Assembly: GCA_036351155.1 (NCBI GenBank)
Contig: JAZBOO010000099.1
Location: 947 to 64,946, forward strand
Origin: Candidatus Krumholzibacteriia bacterium
Lineage (GTDB): Bacteria > Krumholzibacteriota > Krumholzibacteriia > LZORAL124-64-63
DNA length: 64,000 bases
Direction of reading: 5' to 3'
The notes beneath the pieces were generated by a model that searched no databases, was not told the origin of the DNA, and saw only the letters and a list, made by a program, of their open reading frames with translations. The position numbers and the translations under genes were made by a program. This document shows, piece by piece, positions 52,671 through 61,861 of the stretch; position 1 is the stretch's first letter; every line of letters begins with the position of its first letter.

Positions 52671-53228
52671 TTATTCCTCCAGTTCCCGGTCCGTGTCGGC
52701 CCGGGGGACTTCGCCCTTGCGCAGATTGTCCAGCAGATCATCCACCTTGTCGGTGGTCAGGTATTCGTACAGATGCTTGCCGCGCTGCAGCACGGGACCA
52801 TGTCCACAAGCTCCCAGGCACTCGGCGCCCTCCAGAGCAAACTTGCCGTCGGGAGTGGTCTCCCCCATGCGCACGCCCAGCTTCTTCTCCAGATGGGCGA
52901 TGATGTTGCGGGCCCCCATGATGTGGCAGCTGATGTTGTGGCAGACCTGCAACACGTTGTCGGCCTGGGGTTCGGTGCGGTACATGGTGTAGAAGGAAAG
53001 GACCTCGTGCACCCGGGTCCTGGTCACTTCCAGCTTCTCGACCAGGAGATCCACCCCGCCCTCGGGCACATGCCCGATCTCGTCGGTGATGGCCCAGATG
53101 CAGGGCATCAAGGCACTGGCCTTGGTCGGATACTGCGCGATGTACCGGTCGATCGCGGCCAGGGTTTCCTCGGAAACCTTGAACGGGGCCTGACCTTCAG
53201 CGGACTTGCTCATCAATTCACCTTCCAA
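52671..53228 (-). CDS. nuoE: NADH-quinone oxidoreductase subunit E
   Basis: 185 aa; [2Fe-2S] thioredoxin-like subunit blocks (CHNISCHIMGARNI, CLGACGHGPVLQ). Confidence 0.9.
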   Translation of the reverse strand: MEGELMSKSAEGQAPFKVSEETLAAIDRYIAQYPTKASALMPCIWAITDEIGHVPEGGVDLLVEKLEVTRTRVHEVLSFYTMYRTEPQADNVLQVCHNISCHIMGARNIIAHLEKKLGVRMGETTPDGKFALEGAECLGACGHGPVLQRGKHLYEYLTTDKVDDLLDNLRKGEVPRADTDRELEE

Positions 53229-53237
53229 CCGGCGGGA

Positions 53238-54959
53238 TCAGCGATCCAGCTCACCGGCGATGATGTTCAGGCTTCCCAGAGTGGCAATGGCATCGGGAAT
53301 CATGCCGCCCTGGACCAGAAAACTGTAAGAGGAAAAGATCGGGAAACAGGGCGGCCGCACCTTCATGCGGTAAGGGTGCCCCGTCCCATCGGCAATACAG
53401 AAATAACCCAGCTCCCCATTGGCTCCTTCGCCGAAGCCGTAGCCTTCACCTTTGGGCACCTTGATGCCCTCGTAGATGAGCTTGAACTGGTTCATCACGC
53501 CTTCAATGCTCCCGTAGACCTCGGCCTTGGGCGGCAGGATCACCGAGTGATCGTCCACGTTCAGCGGGCCGGAAGGCAGCTTGTCCAGGGCCTGGATGAC
53601 GATGGAGCGACTCTGCACCATCTCGGCCATGCGCACCATGATACGGTCGTGGGTGTCTCCGCTGGTTCCGGTGGGAATGTCGAAGTCGTACTGCTCGTAT
53701 CCGGAATAGGGGGCGTGCTTGCGCAGATCGTAGGCCAGGCCGGTGGCCCGCAGACATGGCCCCGTGTAGCCATAACTGAGGGCATCACTCTGTGAAATGG
53801 CTCCCACGCCCACAGTACGATCGAGGAAGATCCGGTTGCGTGCCACCAGGGCCATGACATCGTTCACGCCCTTGTCCAGCTGGTCCAGCTTGCCGCGGAT
53901 TTCGGCGTCGAAGCCATCGTAAAGATCATGACTCATGCCGCCGATGCGCGCGTAGTTGGTGGTCAACCGCGATCCGCACAGGGCTTCCAGCGACTGGTAA
54001 ATGCTTTCCCGCACGTTGTACAGGTACCAGTAGTTGGTCAAGGCCCCGATATCCACCAGGTTGGCGCACACGCACACCAGGTGGTCGATGATGCGGCTCA
54101 GCTCACTCACGATCACCCGGATCCCCTGGGCGCGGGGCGTGGCCTCGATGTCCAGCATCTTTTCCACGGCCATGGCGTAAATCGAGTTGTTGAGCATGGC
54201 CGAGCAGTAGTTCAGGCGGTCGGTGTAGGGCATGATCTGGGCCCAGGTATGGTCCTCGGCCTCTTTTTCGAAGCACCGGTGGATGTAGCCGATCTCGGTC
54301 TTGGCCTCGAGAATGGTCTCCCCGTCCAGCAGCAGCTCGGCGCGCAGCGCTCCGTGCATGGCCGGATGGCTGGGTCCCAGGTTCACCGTCAAGAGGTCAC
54401 TGGGATGGACCTCGTCCAGGACTCCGTTGCCCTCGGCCACCAGCTTGCTGGCGCGCTTGGCCGCCCGGGCCACATCCTCATCACTGAACAGGTTCTCGGG
54501 AATGGTGCACTCCTGCCCCTGCTCGATGGGATAGTCCTTGCGCAGGGCATGGCCCTCGAACTGGTGATGGCAAAGAATGCGGCGCAGATCGGGGTGCCCG
54601 GCGAAGGGTATGCCGTACATGTCGTACACTTCGCGCTCGGCCCAGTCGGCCGATTTGTAAAGGCCCGAAACGGTGGGCACGGCCTCATCCTCGGCAATGT
54701 CCACCTTGACCCGCAGACGGTAGTTGTTGCGCCAGCTGCGCATCAGGTAGTTCACCTGGAAGCGCTGGTCCCGGTCCGGAAAATCCACACCGGCGATATC
54801 CGAGAGCTGCTCACATTTTTCCCGGCCGCGCAGGTGTTCCAGGACCTTGAGCAGGGCGTCCTTCTCCACGGTGATGGAGGCATCACCCTTCTCGTCCGAG
54901 GTGGCCAGGATGTCGCTTCCGAACTCCTGCTGAAGTCTTTCGACCAGCTTCTGGCTCAT
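53238..54959 (-). CDS. nuoCD: Fused NADH-quinone oxidoreductase subunits C and D
   Basis: 573 aa. The N-terminal ~170 aa are the 30-kDa NuoC part (MSQKLVERLQQEFGSD...YDMYGIPFAGHPDLRRIL). The remainder is the 49-kDa NuoD part (GPSHPAMHGALR..., C-terminal ...LGSLNIIAGELDR). Confidence 0.9.
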   Translation of the reverse strand: MSQKLVERLQQEFGSDILATSDEKGDASITVEKDALLKVLEHLRGREKCEQLSDIAGVDFPDRDQRFQVNYLMRSWRNNYRLRVKVDIAEDEAVPTVSGLYKSADWAEREVYDMYGIPFAGHPDLRRILCHHQFEGHALRKDYPIEQGQECTIPENLFSDEDVARAAKRASKLVAEGNGVLDEVHPSDLLTVNLGPSHPAMHGALRAELLLDGETILEAKTEIGYIHRCFEKEAEDHTWAQIMPYTDRLNYCSAMLNNSIYAMAVEKMLDIEATPRAQGIRVIVSELSRIIDHLVCVCANLVDIGALTNYWYLYNVRESIYQSLEALCGSRLTTNYARIGGMSHDLYDGFDAEIRGKLDQLDKGVNDVMALVARNRIFLDRTVGVGAISQSDALSYGYTGPCLRATGLAYDLRKHAPYSGYEQYDFDIPTGTSGDTHDRIMVRMAEMVQSRSIVIQALDKLPSGPLNVDDHSVILPPKAEVYGSIEGVMNQFKLIYEGIKVPKGEGYGFGEGANGELGYFCIADGTGHPYRMKVRPPCFPIFSSYSFLVQGGMIPDAIATLGSLNIIAGELDR

Positions 54960-55010
54960 ACTGTCCCGTCCCTGTGCGTCCGGCCCGGCCGTCCGCCTTG
55001 GCTAAGAGGT

Positions 55011-55523
55011 TTACGATTCCGCGGCAATTCGGCCGGCATGACGCACCGTCGAGGGCACCAGCCCCTCCTTCTCCACCTTGTCCTGGATCTGGGTCAGGGC
55101 GAAAAGGAGATTTTCGGGAGTGGGTGGACAGCCGGCCACATACACGTCCACGGGGATGACGTGGTCGGCGCCCTGCAGGGTGCTGTAATTGTTGTAAAAG
55201 CCGCCGCTGCTGGCGCAAACACCCATGGCGATCACCCACTTGGGCTCGGCCATCTGCTCGTAGATGGTCTTGAGGATGGGAGCTTGCTTGTAGCTGATGG
55301 TGCCGGCGATGATCATCAGATCGCTCTGGCGCGGGGAAAAACGCACCAGTTCGGCCCCGAAACGACTGATGTCGTTGTAGGAGGACACGGTGCTCATGAA
55401 TTCGATGGCACAACAGGCCACACCGAAGGGCAAGGGCCACAAACTGTATTTACGTCCCCAGTTGACCGCCTGACGCAGCCGCGTGGTGATGAAATTGCTG
55501 GGGCTTTCGAGGTCTACTGCCAT
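55011..55523 (-). CDS. nuoB: NADH-quinone oxidoreductase subunit B
   Basis: Track ORF 55011..55757. Start at the internal ATG 55523 (MAVDLESPSNFITTRLRQAVNWGRKYSLWPLPFGVACCAIE...). N2 cluster Cys ligands (CCAIE, GVCASSGG, GCPP). Confidence 0.9.
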   Translation of the reverse strand: MAVDLESPSNFITTRLRQAVNWGRKYSLWPLPFGVACCAIEFMSTVSSYNDISRFGAELVRFSPRQSDLMIIAGTISYKQAPILKTIYEQMAEPKWVIAMGVCASSGGFYNNYSTLQGADHVIPVDVYVAGCPPTPENLLFALTQIQDKVEKEGLVPSTVRHAGRIAAES

Positions 55524-55885
55524 TCGAGCCCACCTTTCTTCCAGATGTAAACAAAGCCGACCAGCAGGACGAGGACGAACACGCCCATCTCCCCCAGCGC
55601 GAAGGCGCCATGACCGGCAGTAACCAGACCGTTGAAAAGTAGAACCCAGGGATACAGGAAGACCGCTTCCAGATCGAAGAGCAGAAAAAACAGGGCCACC
55701 AGGAAAAACCTGACAAAAAACCGGATATGAGTGGTCCCTCGAGCGGGGATCCCACATTCATAGGTGGAATCTTTAACCGCAGAGGGCCGCCGGGGGCCAA
55801 GCCAGAAACTGATGCCCAGGAACGCTCCCGCGAAGGCCACCGCCACCGCGAGGACCAGCATCACCGGAATGAACTGCTCAAACAT
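55514..55885 (-). CDS. nuoA: NADH-quinone oxidoreductase subunit A
   Basis: Track ORF 55514..55996. Start at the internal ATG 55885 (MFEQFIPVMLVLAVAVAF...), preceded by SD AGGGAG. 123 aa, 3 TM. Confidence 0.85.
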   Translation of the reverse strand: MFEQFIPVMLVLAVAVAFAGAFLGISFWLGPRRPSAVKDSTYECGIPARGTTHIRFFVRFFLVALFFLLFDLEAVFLYPWVLLFNGLVTAGHGAFALGEMGVFVLVLLVGFVYIWKKGGLEWQ

Positions 55886-55965
55886 GGGTTCTCCCTGAGA
55901 CAAGCACACGTTTGCAAGGTACCCAGGGCCGAACACTCTTCGCCCCTGGGACCTGTTTTGTTGCA

Positions 55966-55993
55966 AAAATAACAGTCTTAGAAACTGTGTCAA
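55966..55993 (-). promoter_or_regulatory. Predicted sigma70-type promoter of the nuo operon
   Basis: Reverse strand: perfect -35 TTGACA (55993..55988), 16-nt spacer, -10 TATTTT (55971..55966), in a 360-bp AT-rich island. The resulting ~70-nt leader contains the inverted repeat CCCAGGG-N15-CCCTGGG (55922..55950). Confidence 0.4.
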
Positions 55994-56244
55994 CACTGGT
56001 TATGCCCTGATCATCCACAAATCCCCATAGCCAGGATATTGGTCAGGCCCGCATGGATCGCCCTGGATGCTAAATCCCAAAAAATGCACAGCTTAGGTAT
56101 AAGCTGGCTTTTGAAAGGTATTTAGGGAGATTTTTGTAAAAAAAACAGGGACTTGCCCGGATGAGCCGCCAGCGGCATGCCAGTTGCCATGACAAGGGCG
56201 AGAACTTGTGTTTCTGGCCATTGATTCAGTACAAGGAGCAGGAA

Positions 56245-57003
56245 ATGACCACCACCGTGACCACCCCGTCCCCCACACCGGTCCAGGATTCAGTGCTGGA
56301 TATGCCCTCACTGGTGCAGGAAGGTTCCCGATGCCTGGAAAATGGTGATCTTCCCGGGGCACTGGCGACTTTTCAGAAGGTGGTGGAGGCTTTTCCTCAG
56401 CGCCCGGAGGGCCACAACAATCTGGGAGCCCTTTACTCCTCCCTCGGGGAACATGCCAAGGCCGAGGCCTGCTTTGATACGGTGATCGCCCTGTTGCCCG
56501 ACAACCCTGGCCTGTACTACAACCGCGGCATGGCCCGCAGCAGCCAGGAGAAATTCGACACCGCCCGCGAGGATTTTCGCCGGGTTCTGGAATACAACAG
56601 CAAGGACACCGATTGCCTGAACAACCTGGGGGTGATGGATTTCATGCAGGGGCGCTTCGAAAGCGCGCGGGAGTATTTTGCCATGGCCATGGAAATCCGT
56701 CCGGACTACGACCGTGCCTTGCTGAACCTGTGTGACCTGGAAATCGCCACCGGCAACGGCCCTCTGGCCATTCAGCTTTGCGAAGATTTTCTGCGGAACC
56801 ACAACAGCACCGAGGTCAAGCGTGCCCTGCTGACCATGCTGAGCACCGGCTGCCGGGAAGCGCTGGACAAGGCGGGCCAGACAGCGCGCAACCTCATGGG
56901 GCAAGATGACAACGACCCGGAAATCCGGGGACAGCTGGTCCGCATCCAGAAGGCCCAGAAGGTGCTTGATGGTGCGGTAATTGATGAAATGCCCATGATC
57001 TGA
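56245..57003 (+). CDS. TPR-repeat protein
   Basis: Start at the internal ATG 56245 (SD AAGGAG 6 nt upstream): MTTTVTTPSP.... Multiple 34-aa TPR units (HNNLGALYSSLGEHAKAEACFDTVIALLPDNPGLYYNRGMA...). Confidence 0.6.
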   Translation: MTTTVTTPSPTPVQDSVLDMPSLVQEGSRCLENGDLPGALATFQKVVEAFPQRPEGHNNLGALYSSLGEHAKAEACFDTVIALLPDNPGLYYNRGMARSSQEKFDTAREDFRRVLEYNSKDTDCLNNLGVMDFMQGRFESAREYFAMAMEIRPDYDRALLNLCDLEIATGNGPLAIQLCEDFLRNHNSTEVKRALLTMLSTGCREALDKAGQTARNLMGQDDNDPEIRGQLVRIQKAQKVLDGAVIDEMPMI

Positions 57004-57040
57004 TGATACCTTCCGGGTCAGCTAAACCCGGGAGAGCATT

Positions 57041-57850
57041 TTGATCATCTTCAGCAACGGCCGCTTCCATGACGACCAGGACCCCGCAGTCCCCCAGGAC
57101 TGTGGGGCTTTCCTGCATGGCCACGGCGTTTTCACCACCATGCGGTTGTTTCAGGGTGATCCTCGTCATCTGGACGAGCACGCCCGACGCCTGGCCGAAC
57201 ACGCACAGGCTCTCGGCCTGCCCCCCTGCCCCCACAGTGCCATCCTTGGTGCCATCATCAAGGAACTGGTGCAGCGCAATTCCCTGAAGAGAGTGGACGC
57301 CAGGTTGCGTATCACCTGGACGATGGTCCAGGGCAAAGGATGGCTTGGCCTGGTTCCTGGTCCTCTCCCGGAAGAACTGGAGAGATGGCAAAAGGAGGGC
57401 ATCTCCGTGATCACCCTGGGACCCGATTTTGGCCGTGTTTTCCGGCCGCACCTCAAATCGGTGAACTACCTGCCTTCCATGCTGGCCTTGAAGGAGGCCG
57501 AAGCCGCCGCAGGGTGTCCCGAGGCCCTGGTTTTCGATGCCCAGGGCGATCTTCTGGAAGGGGCGATCAGCAATGTCTTCGTGGTGGATGATGGAACGGT
57601 GATGACACCCCCAGATGACGGACGCATCCTGGCCGGGTTGACTCGCCAAGCGGTTTTGCGTCGACTGGAACAGCTCGAACTGTCCCACCAGGAAGCTCAC
57701 CTGCACCGGGACCGGGTGTTGTGCGCCCAGGAGGTTTTCCTGACCAACAGTGTGCGGGAAATCGTGCCTGTGATCAGGATCGATGGCCGCCAGGTGGGGA
57801 CCGGACTCCCCGGCCCTTTGACCCGCACGATCCAGAAGTCATTCCGGTAG
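57041..57850 (+). CDS. Class IV aminotransferase family protein (aminodeoxychorismate lyase PabC-like)
   Basis: 269 aa with a TTG start. Fold-type IV blocks (FLHGHGVFTTMR; EALVFDAQGDLLEGAISNVFVVDDGTVMTPP; FLTNSVREIVPV). Confidence 0.7.
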   Translation: MIIFSNGRFHDDQDPAVPQDCGAFLHGHGVFTTMRLFQGDPRHLDEHARRLAEHAQALGLPPCPHSAILGAIIKELVQRNSLKRVDARLRITWTMVQGKGWLGLVPGPLPEELERWQKEGISVITLGPDFGRVFRPHLKSVNYLPSMLALKEAEAAAGCPEALVFDAQGDLLEGAISNVFVVDDGTVMTPPDDGRILAGLTRQAVLRRLEQLELSHQEAHLHRDRVLCAQEVFLTNSVREIVPVIRIDGRQVGTGLPGPLTRTIQKSFR

Positions 57851-57973
57851 AACTTCCCGCCCCACATCACGGTGCGAAAAACGCCCCCGATGAAAGGGGG
57901 CGTTTTTGCTCGCGGCGACCAATCCCGGACTCGTCACTTGCGCCTGGAAGGTTTCCGGATGCCCGGCACCCTC

Positions 57974-58582
57974 CTAAAAATCGAAGCTGGTGTCCTGCAC
58001 CTTGAAGGAGTCGATCTCGTCGTTGCCCACCGGGGGCAGATCATTCCTCACTTCCCGGGTCGGCACGGTGGCCAGGGCAATCTCATCTTTCAACGAGGCC
58101 AGGTCGGTGTACACGTCCGCGCAGGCGATCAGGTCGGTGCTGGTCATCTCACGCAGCCCACAGACCTCCACGTGCACGCCCTTGCGGCCGAGGGCCTCGA
58201 CCAGGGCGGCAAAATCCCCATCTCCGGTGCAGAGGATGATGGTATCCAGATTGGGAGCCATTTCCAGGACATCGATGGCCATCTCCATGTCCAGGCTGTT
58301 GCGGATACTGCGGTTGGCCGCTTCGCTCTCGTTGAAGGACTTGACTTCCTTGGTCACCACCTTGAAGCCGTTGAGCTTCAAGAAGTTGATGAAGTCGATC
58401 TTTCCCTCGGATTGGCTGCTGACCGCCGTGTAAAAATAGGACCGCACCAGACGACGGCCACCGGCCAGTCGCTTGCAGAGCTTCAGATAGTCCAGCCGCA
58501 TATTCATGTGCTTGGCGCTGTAATGGATGTTCTCACCATCGATGAAAATGGCGACCCGATCCTGGGTGTTAAGTGTATACAT
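57974..58582 (-). CDS. NYN-domain (LabA-like/DUF88) protein with a C-terminal extension
   Basis: 202 aa; VAIFIDGENIHYS...LDTIILCTGDGDFAALVEAL is the NYN/LabA nuclease-fold signature, followed by a ~45-aa acidic tail. Confidence 0.7.
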   Translation of the reverse strand: MYTLNTQDRVAIFIDGENIHYSAKHMNMRLDYLKLCKRLAGGRRLVRSYFYTAVSSQSEGKIDFINFLKLNGFKVVTKEVKSFNESEAANRSIRNSLDMEMAIDVLEMAPNLDTIILCTGDGDFAALVEALGRKGVHVEVCGLREMTSTDLIACADVYTDLASLKDEIALATVPTREVRNDLPPVGNDEIDSFKVQDTSFDF

Positions 58583-58705
58583 CGCGATATCCTTCTGGCA
58601 TCATGTCACTTGGGCCGGAATTGCCGACCAACTTGGCGAGTCACAAAAGGGAGGCCCTGGCACCGAATCATCGACCCGGACAAGTCCTCCCTCCCGCTTG
58701 ATGCG

Positions 58706-58734
58706 AATATAGACCTCAAGATTTGATATTGCAA
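58706..58734 (-). promoter_or_regulatory. Predicted sigma70-type promoter for the NYN-domain gene
   Basis: Reverse strand: -35 TTGCAA (58734..58729), exactly 17-nt spacer, -10 TATATT (58711..58706), in an AT-rich 160-bp intergenic island. The leader (~115 nt) contains a GGGAGG...CCUCCC long-range stem followed by UUUUGUG (58645..58691). Confidence 0.4.
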
Positions 58735-58746
58735 TCCAAATCTAAA

Positions 58747-61700
58747 CTACGCTTTCAGTGCCCTGGAAGGGCCCGGGGCGGGTTTTCCTGGTGCGTCGGC
58801 GGCACGCCACCGGCGGTAGGCCTCGGACAGACGTTCGGCCCACAAGGTGGCCAGGCGGTAGTAGGTGGGCATCACCAGCAAGGTCAACAGGGTGCTCGAG
58901 GCCAATCCCCCGCTGATCGCCCTGGCCATGGGGTAGTATTCCGCGTCGCCCACATGGGCGCCATGGAACAGGGCCAGGGGCAACAGGCCCAGGATGGTGG
59001 TCCCGGCGGTCATCAGGATCGGCCTCAAGCGGTCCGAGCAGCCTTCAATAATGGCTTCGTCCAGCCCGTAACCCACCCGGCGCTTGCCGTTGATGTGGTC
59101 CACCAGCACGATGCCGTTGTTCACCACGATCCCGATCAGGATCACCATGCCGATCATGGCCATGATGTTGAAGGGGGTCCCGGTGGCCATCATCAACCAG
59201 AAAACGCCCAGACTGGCGAACGGCACCGTTCCCATGACCACCATGGGGTACAGGAGCGATTCGAACAGGCTGGCCATGACAAAGAACACACAGGCCAGGG
59301 CCAGCAGCATGTTCAGTCCCATTTCCGATTGCTGCTCCTGCGCTCGGATGATGGACGACCCGAAGTTCCAGGAATAGCCGAACGGCAGATCCAGGCTGTC
59401 CATGACCGGGCGGATCTCGCGCAAGGCATCGTCCAGACGCTCGCCATCCCAGGTTCCGGTGATCGACACGCCGGACCGCTGATCCCGTCGGAAAATCCGT
59501 TCCGGGCTGCGGCCGTACTGGAAATCGGCCACCTGGGCCAGCTGGACAGGCTGGCCATCGACAGATCCCACCGTCAGCAGGCTGAGATTCTCCAGGCTTT
59601 CCTGATCTTCAGGCAACAGGGAGACGATCATGTCGATCTCCTTGTCCCCTGTTTTCAGGCGGGGGAGCAACACACCACGGTAGGTCAGGCCCATGATCTG
59701 GCTGATGGTGCCCGGCGTGATGCCGAAATGCCCCGCCTGCACGGGATCCACCTTGATCTGGATCTCGGCCTTGCCGTGTTCGCCGTCACTGGTCAGGTCG
59801 GCAATGCCTTCGATCATGGCCAGCCGCCGCTTGGCCTCATCGGCAAACTGCTGCAGGAATTCTGTCTCCTCGCCGCTGAGGGTCACCGAGAAGGTTTTGG
59901 CCCCCGAATCCTGGCCCTCATCTCCTCCAAAGCGGTACTTCAGCCCGGCCTGGACGGGTAAGTTGGTGCGTAAATCTTCCCGCACCTCGGCAAAGAACTC
60001 GTTGGAAATGATCCCTTCCTCGAAGAACAGCGTGATGGCCGCCCCGTCTGCCCCGTACCAGGAGTACACGTCGCGCAGGCCCAGCTCGTCCCGCCGGCCT
60101 TCCAGGTACTCCGCAGCCCGCAGGACATAGTCCTTGGAGGTGTACTTGTCCACCTGGCCGGTGTAGTCGAATCCGATGTACAGGCTCTCACGCCGGATAC
60201 CGGCATCGCCTTCGGAATCAGGCTTGAAATTCGTGATCTTCATGGCGCCCACCGTGACCACGAGGACAAGGGGAATGATTCCCAGCGCGGTGGCCAGCGG
60301 GTGCTTGATGGCTGTCCAGTTCAGGACGCGAAGATATCGCCGGCGCAGCCAGATCATCCAGCGCGCATCCGCCAGATCCTGACGGCGGGCCTTCCCCGAC
60401 ATCCGGATGGAAAGGGTGGGAATCACGGTCAAGCTGACCAGCAGAGAAATCAGGAGGGTCACACTGATGGTCACACCCACCTGGCCCAGCCAGACCGTGA
60501 GCTCGTCGGCACCACCGACCACGATCGGGGCAAACACGATGACGGTGGTCAAGGTGGAGGCCACGATGGCCCGCCCCACCTCGCGGGTTCCCCTCACCGC
60601 CGCGGAGATCGGTGAGGCCCCGTGGTGCTGGCGCCGGTGAATGGACTCGAGAACAACCACCGCGTTGTCCACCAGCATGCCCACCCCGAGCATGAGACCC
60701 ATCATGGTCAGCACGTTGAGCGAGCTGCCGGTGAGGAACATGAAGATGCAGGTTCCCAGGATGGAAATGGGGATCGCCACACTGACCACCAGGGTCATTC
60801 CCACCCGACGCAGGAAGATGTACAGCATGACCACGGCCAGCACCGATCCGAATAGTCCGCCCTGGGTGAGGCTGCGCAGAGAGTCGGTGATCTGGTCGGC
60901 CTGATTGAAAAAGCTGAAGCTGTTGATTCCGGCCAGCGCGGGATCCTGGTTGATGCGTTCCAGCTCGGCCTCCACGGCCCGGCACACCTCGACGGTGTTG
61001 TACCCCGAAGCTTTCTGGACCCAGAAGGCAATGGCCGGTTCCCGGTTCAGGATGCGCCCGTAGTTCAGGGCCGGAGCCCCGTAAATCACCTCGGCCACAT
61101 CACCCAGCCGCAACCCGCGCGCATCGATGGGCAGCTCCTTGAGCTCCTCCACCCCGTTGATGCCGCTCACGGTCCGCATATCGTAGCGCAACCCGCGGTC
61201 CGTCACCCGGCCCACGGTCAGCTCCACGTTGGCCGCCTCGAGCTCGGCGAACAGGTGCGTCACGTCCACGTTGTGTTCCATGATCTTGTCGAAACGCAAG
61301 TAAACCGAGGCCTGGGTCGGCAACACACCGTCGATGTTCACCCGTCCCACTCCGGGAATTCGCTCGAGCGGGCCAATGATCTTCTGATCGATGAGGTCCC
61401 AGCTTTCGGACAGATCACGTCCCTTGGCCGAGATGCGCCCCTGGATGATGGGAATGTCGCTGGTGTTGAACGTCAGCAGAAAAATCTGCTGGATGTCCTG
61501 GGGCAGCTCGCCACGGATCTGGTCGATCTTTTCCTTCACTTCCATGCGCAGCAGGTTGACATCGCGTCCCCATTCGAAGGTCACGCCCACCTGGACTTCG
61601 CCCGCATCGCTGTAGGAGAAGATTTCCCGGACGCCGCCCAGGGTGGCCAGCACCTCTTCCACCGGCCGGACAATGAGGCGTTCGTTTTCCGCTGGAATGC

Positions 61701-61860
61701 CCCCCTGATAGGGGATGTACACGCCGATGAAAGGCATTTCCACGTGGGGCAGAAACGCCAGCGGCAGCTTGGCGATGGAGATGGCACCCAGCAAGACCAC
61801 CGAGGTCAGGGCCATCGCCAGGGAGACAGGCCGGCGCAGGGAGAGATAGGTCAACCACAT
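58747..61860 (-). CDS. RND-family efflux transporter permease (HAE1-like, AcrB/MdtC-type)
   Basis: Track ORF 58747..61959. Start at the internal ATG 61860 (MWLTYLSLRRPVSLAMALTSVVLLGAISI...), 2 nt after the upstream RND stop. 12-TM, two-large-loop architecture with conserved TM4 region ALVMLYIFL and C-terminal GLLPLALFHGAHVGDAEYYPMARAISGGL. Confidence 0.85.
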   Translation of the reverse strand: MWLTYLSLRRPVSLAMALTSVVLLGAISIAKLPLAFLPHVEMPFIGVYIPYQGGIPAENERLIVRPVEEVLATLGGVREIFSYSDAGEVQVGVTFEWGRDVNLLRMEVKEKIDQIRGELPQDIQQIFLLTFNTSDIPIIQGRISAKGRDLSESWDLIDQKIIGPLERIPGVGRVNIDGVLPTQASVYLRFDKIMEHNVDVTHLFAELEAANVELTVGRVTDRGLRYDMRTVSGINGVEELKELPIDARGLRLGDVAEVIYGAPALNYGRILNREPAIAFWVQKASGYNTVEVCRAVEAELERINQDPALAGINSFSFFNQADQITDSLRSLTQGGLFGSVLAVVMLYIFLRRVGMTLVVSVAIPISILGTCIFMFLTGSSLNVLTMMGLMLGVGMLVDNAVVVLESIHRRQHHGASPISAAVRGTREVGRAIVASTLTTVIVFAPIVVGGADELTVWLGQVGVTISVTLLISLLVSLTVIPTLSIRMSGKARRQDLADARWMIWLRRRYLRVLNWTAIKHPLATALGIIPLVLVVTVGAMKITNFKPDSEGDAGIRRESLYIGFDYTGQVDKYTSKDYVLRAAEYLEGRRDELGLRDVYSWYGADGAAITLFFEEGIISNEFFAEVREDLRTNLPVQAGLKYRFGGDEGQDSGAKTFSVTLSGEETEFLQQFADEAKRRLAMIEGIADLTSDGEHGKAEIQIKVDPVQAGHFGITPGTISQIMGLTYRGVLLPRLKTGDKEIDMIVSLLPEDQESLENLSLLTVGSVDGQPVQLAQVADFQYGRSPERIFRRDQRSGVSITGTWDGERLDDALREIRPVMDSLDLPFGYSWNFGSSIIRAQEQQSEMGLNMLLALACVFFVMASLFESLLYPMVVMGTVPFASLGVFWLMMATGTPFNIMAMIGMVILIGIVVNNGIVLVDHINGKRRVGYGLDEAIIEGCSDRLRPILMTAGTTILGLLPLALFHGAHVGDAEYYPMARAISGGLASSTLLTLLVMPTYYRLATLWAERLSEAYRRWRAADAPGKPAPGPSRALKA

Positions 61861-61861
61861 A

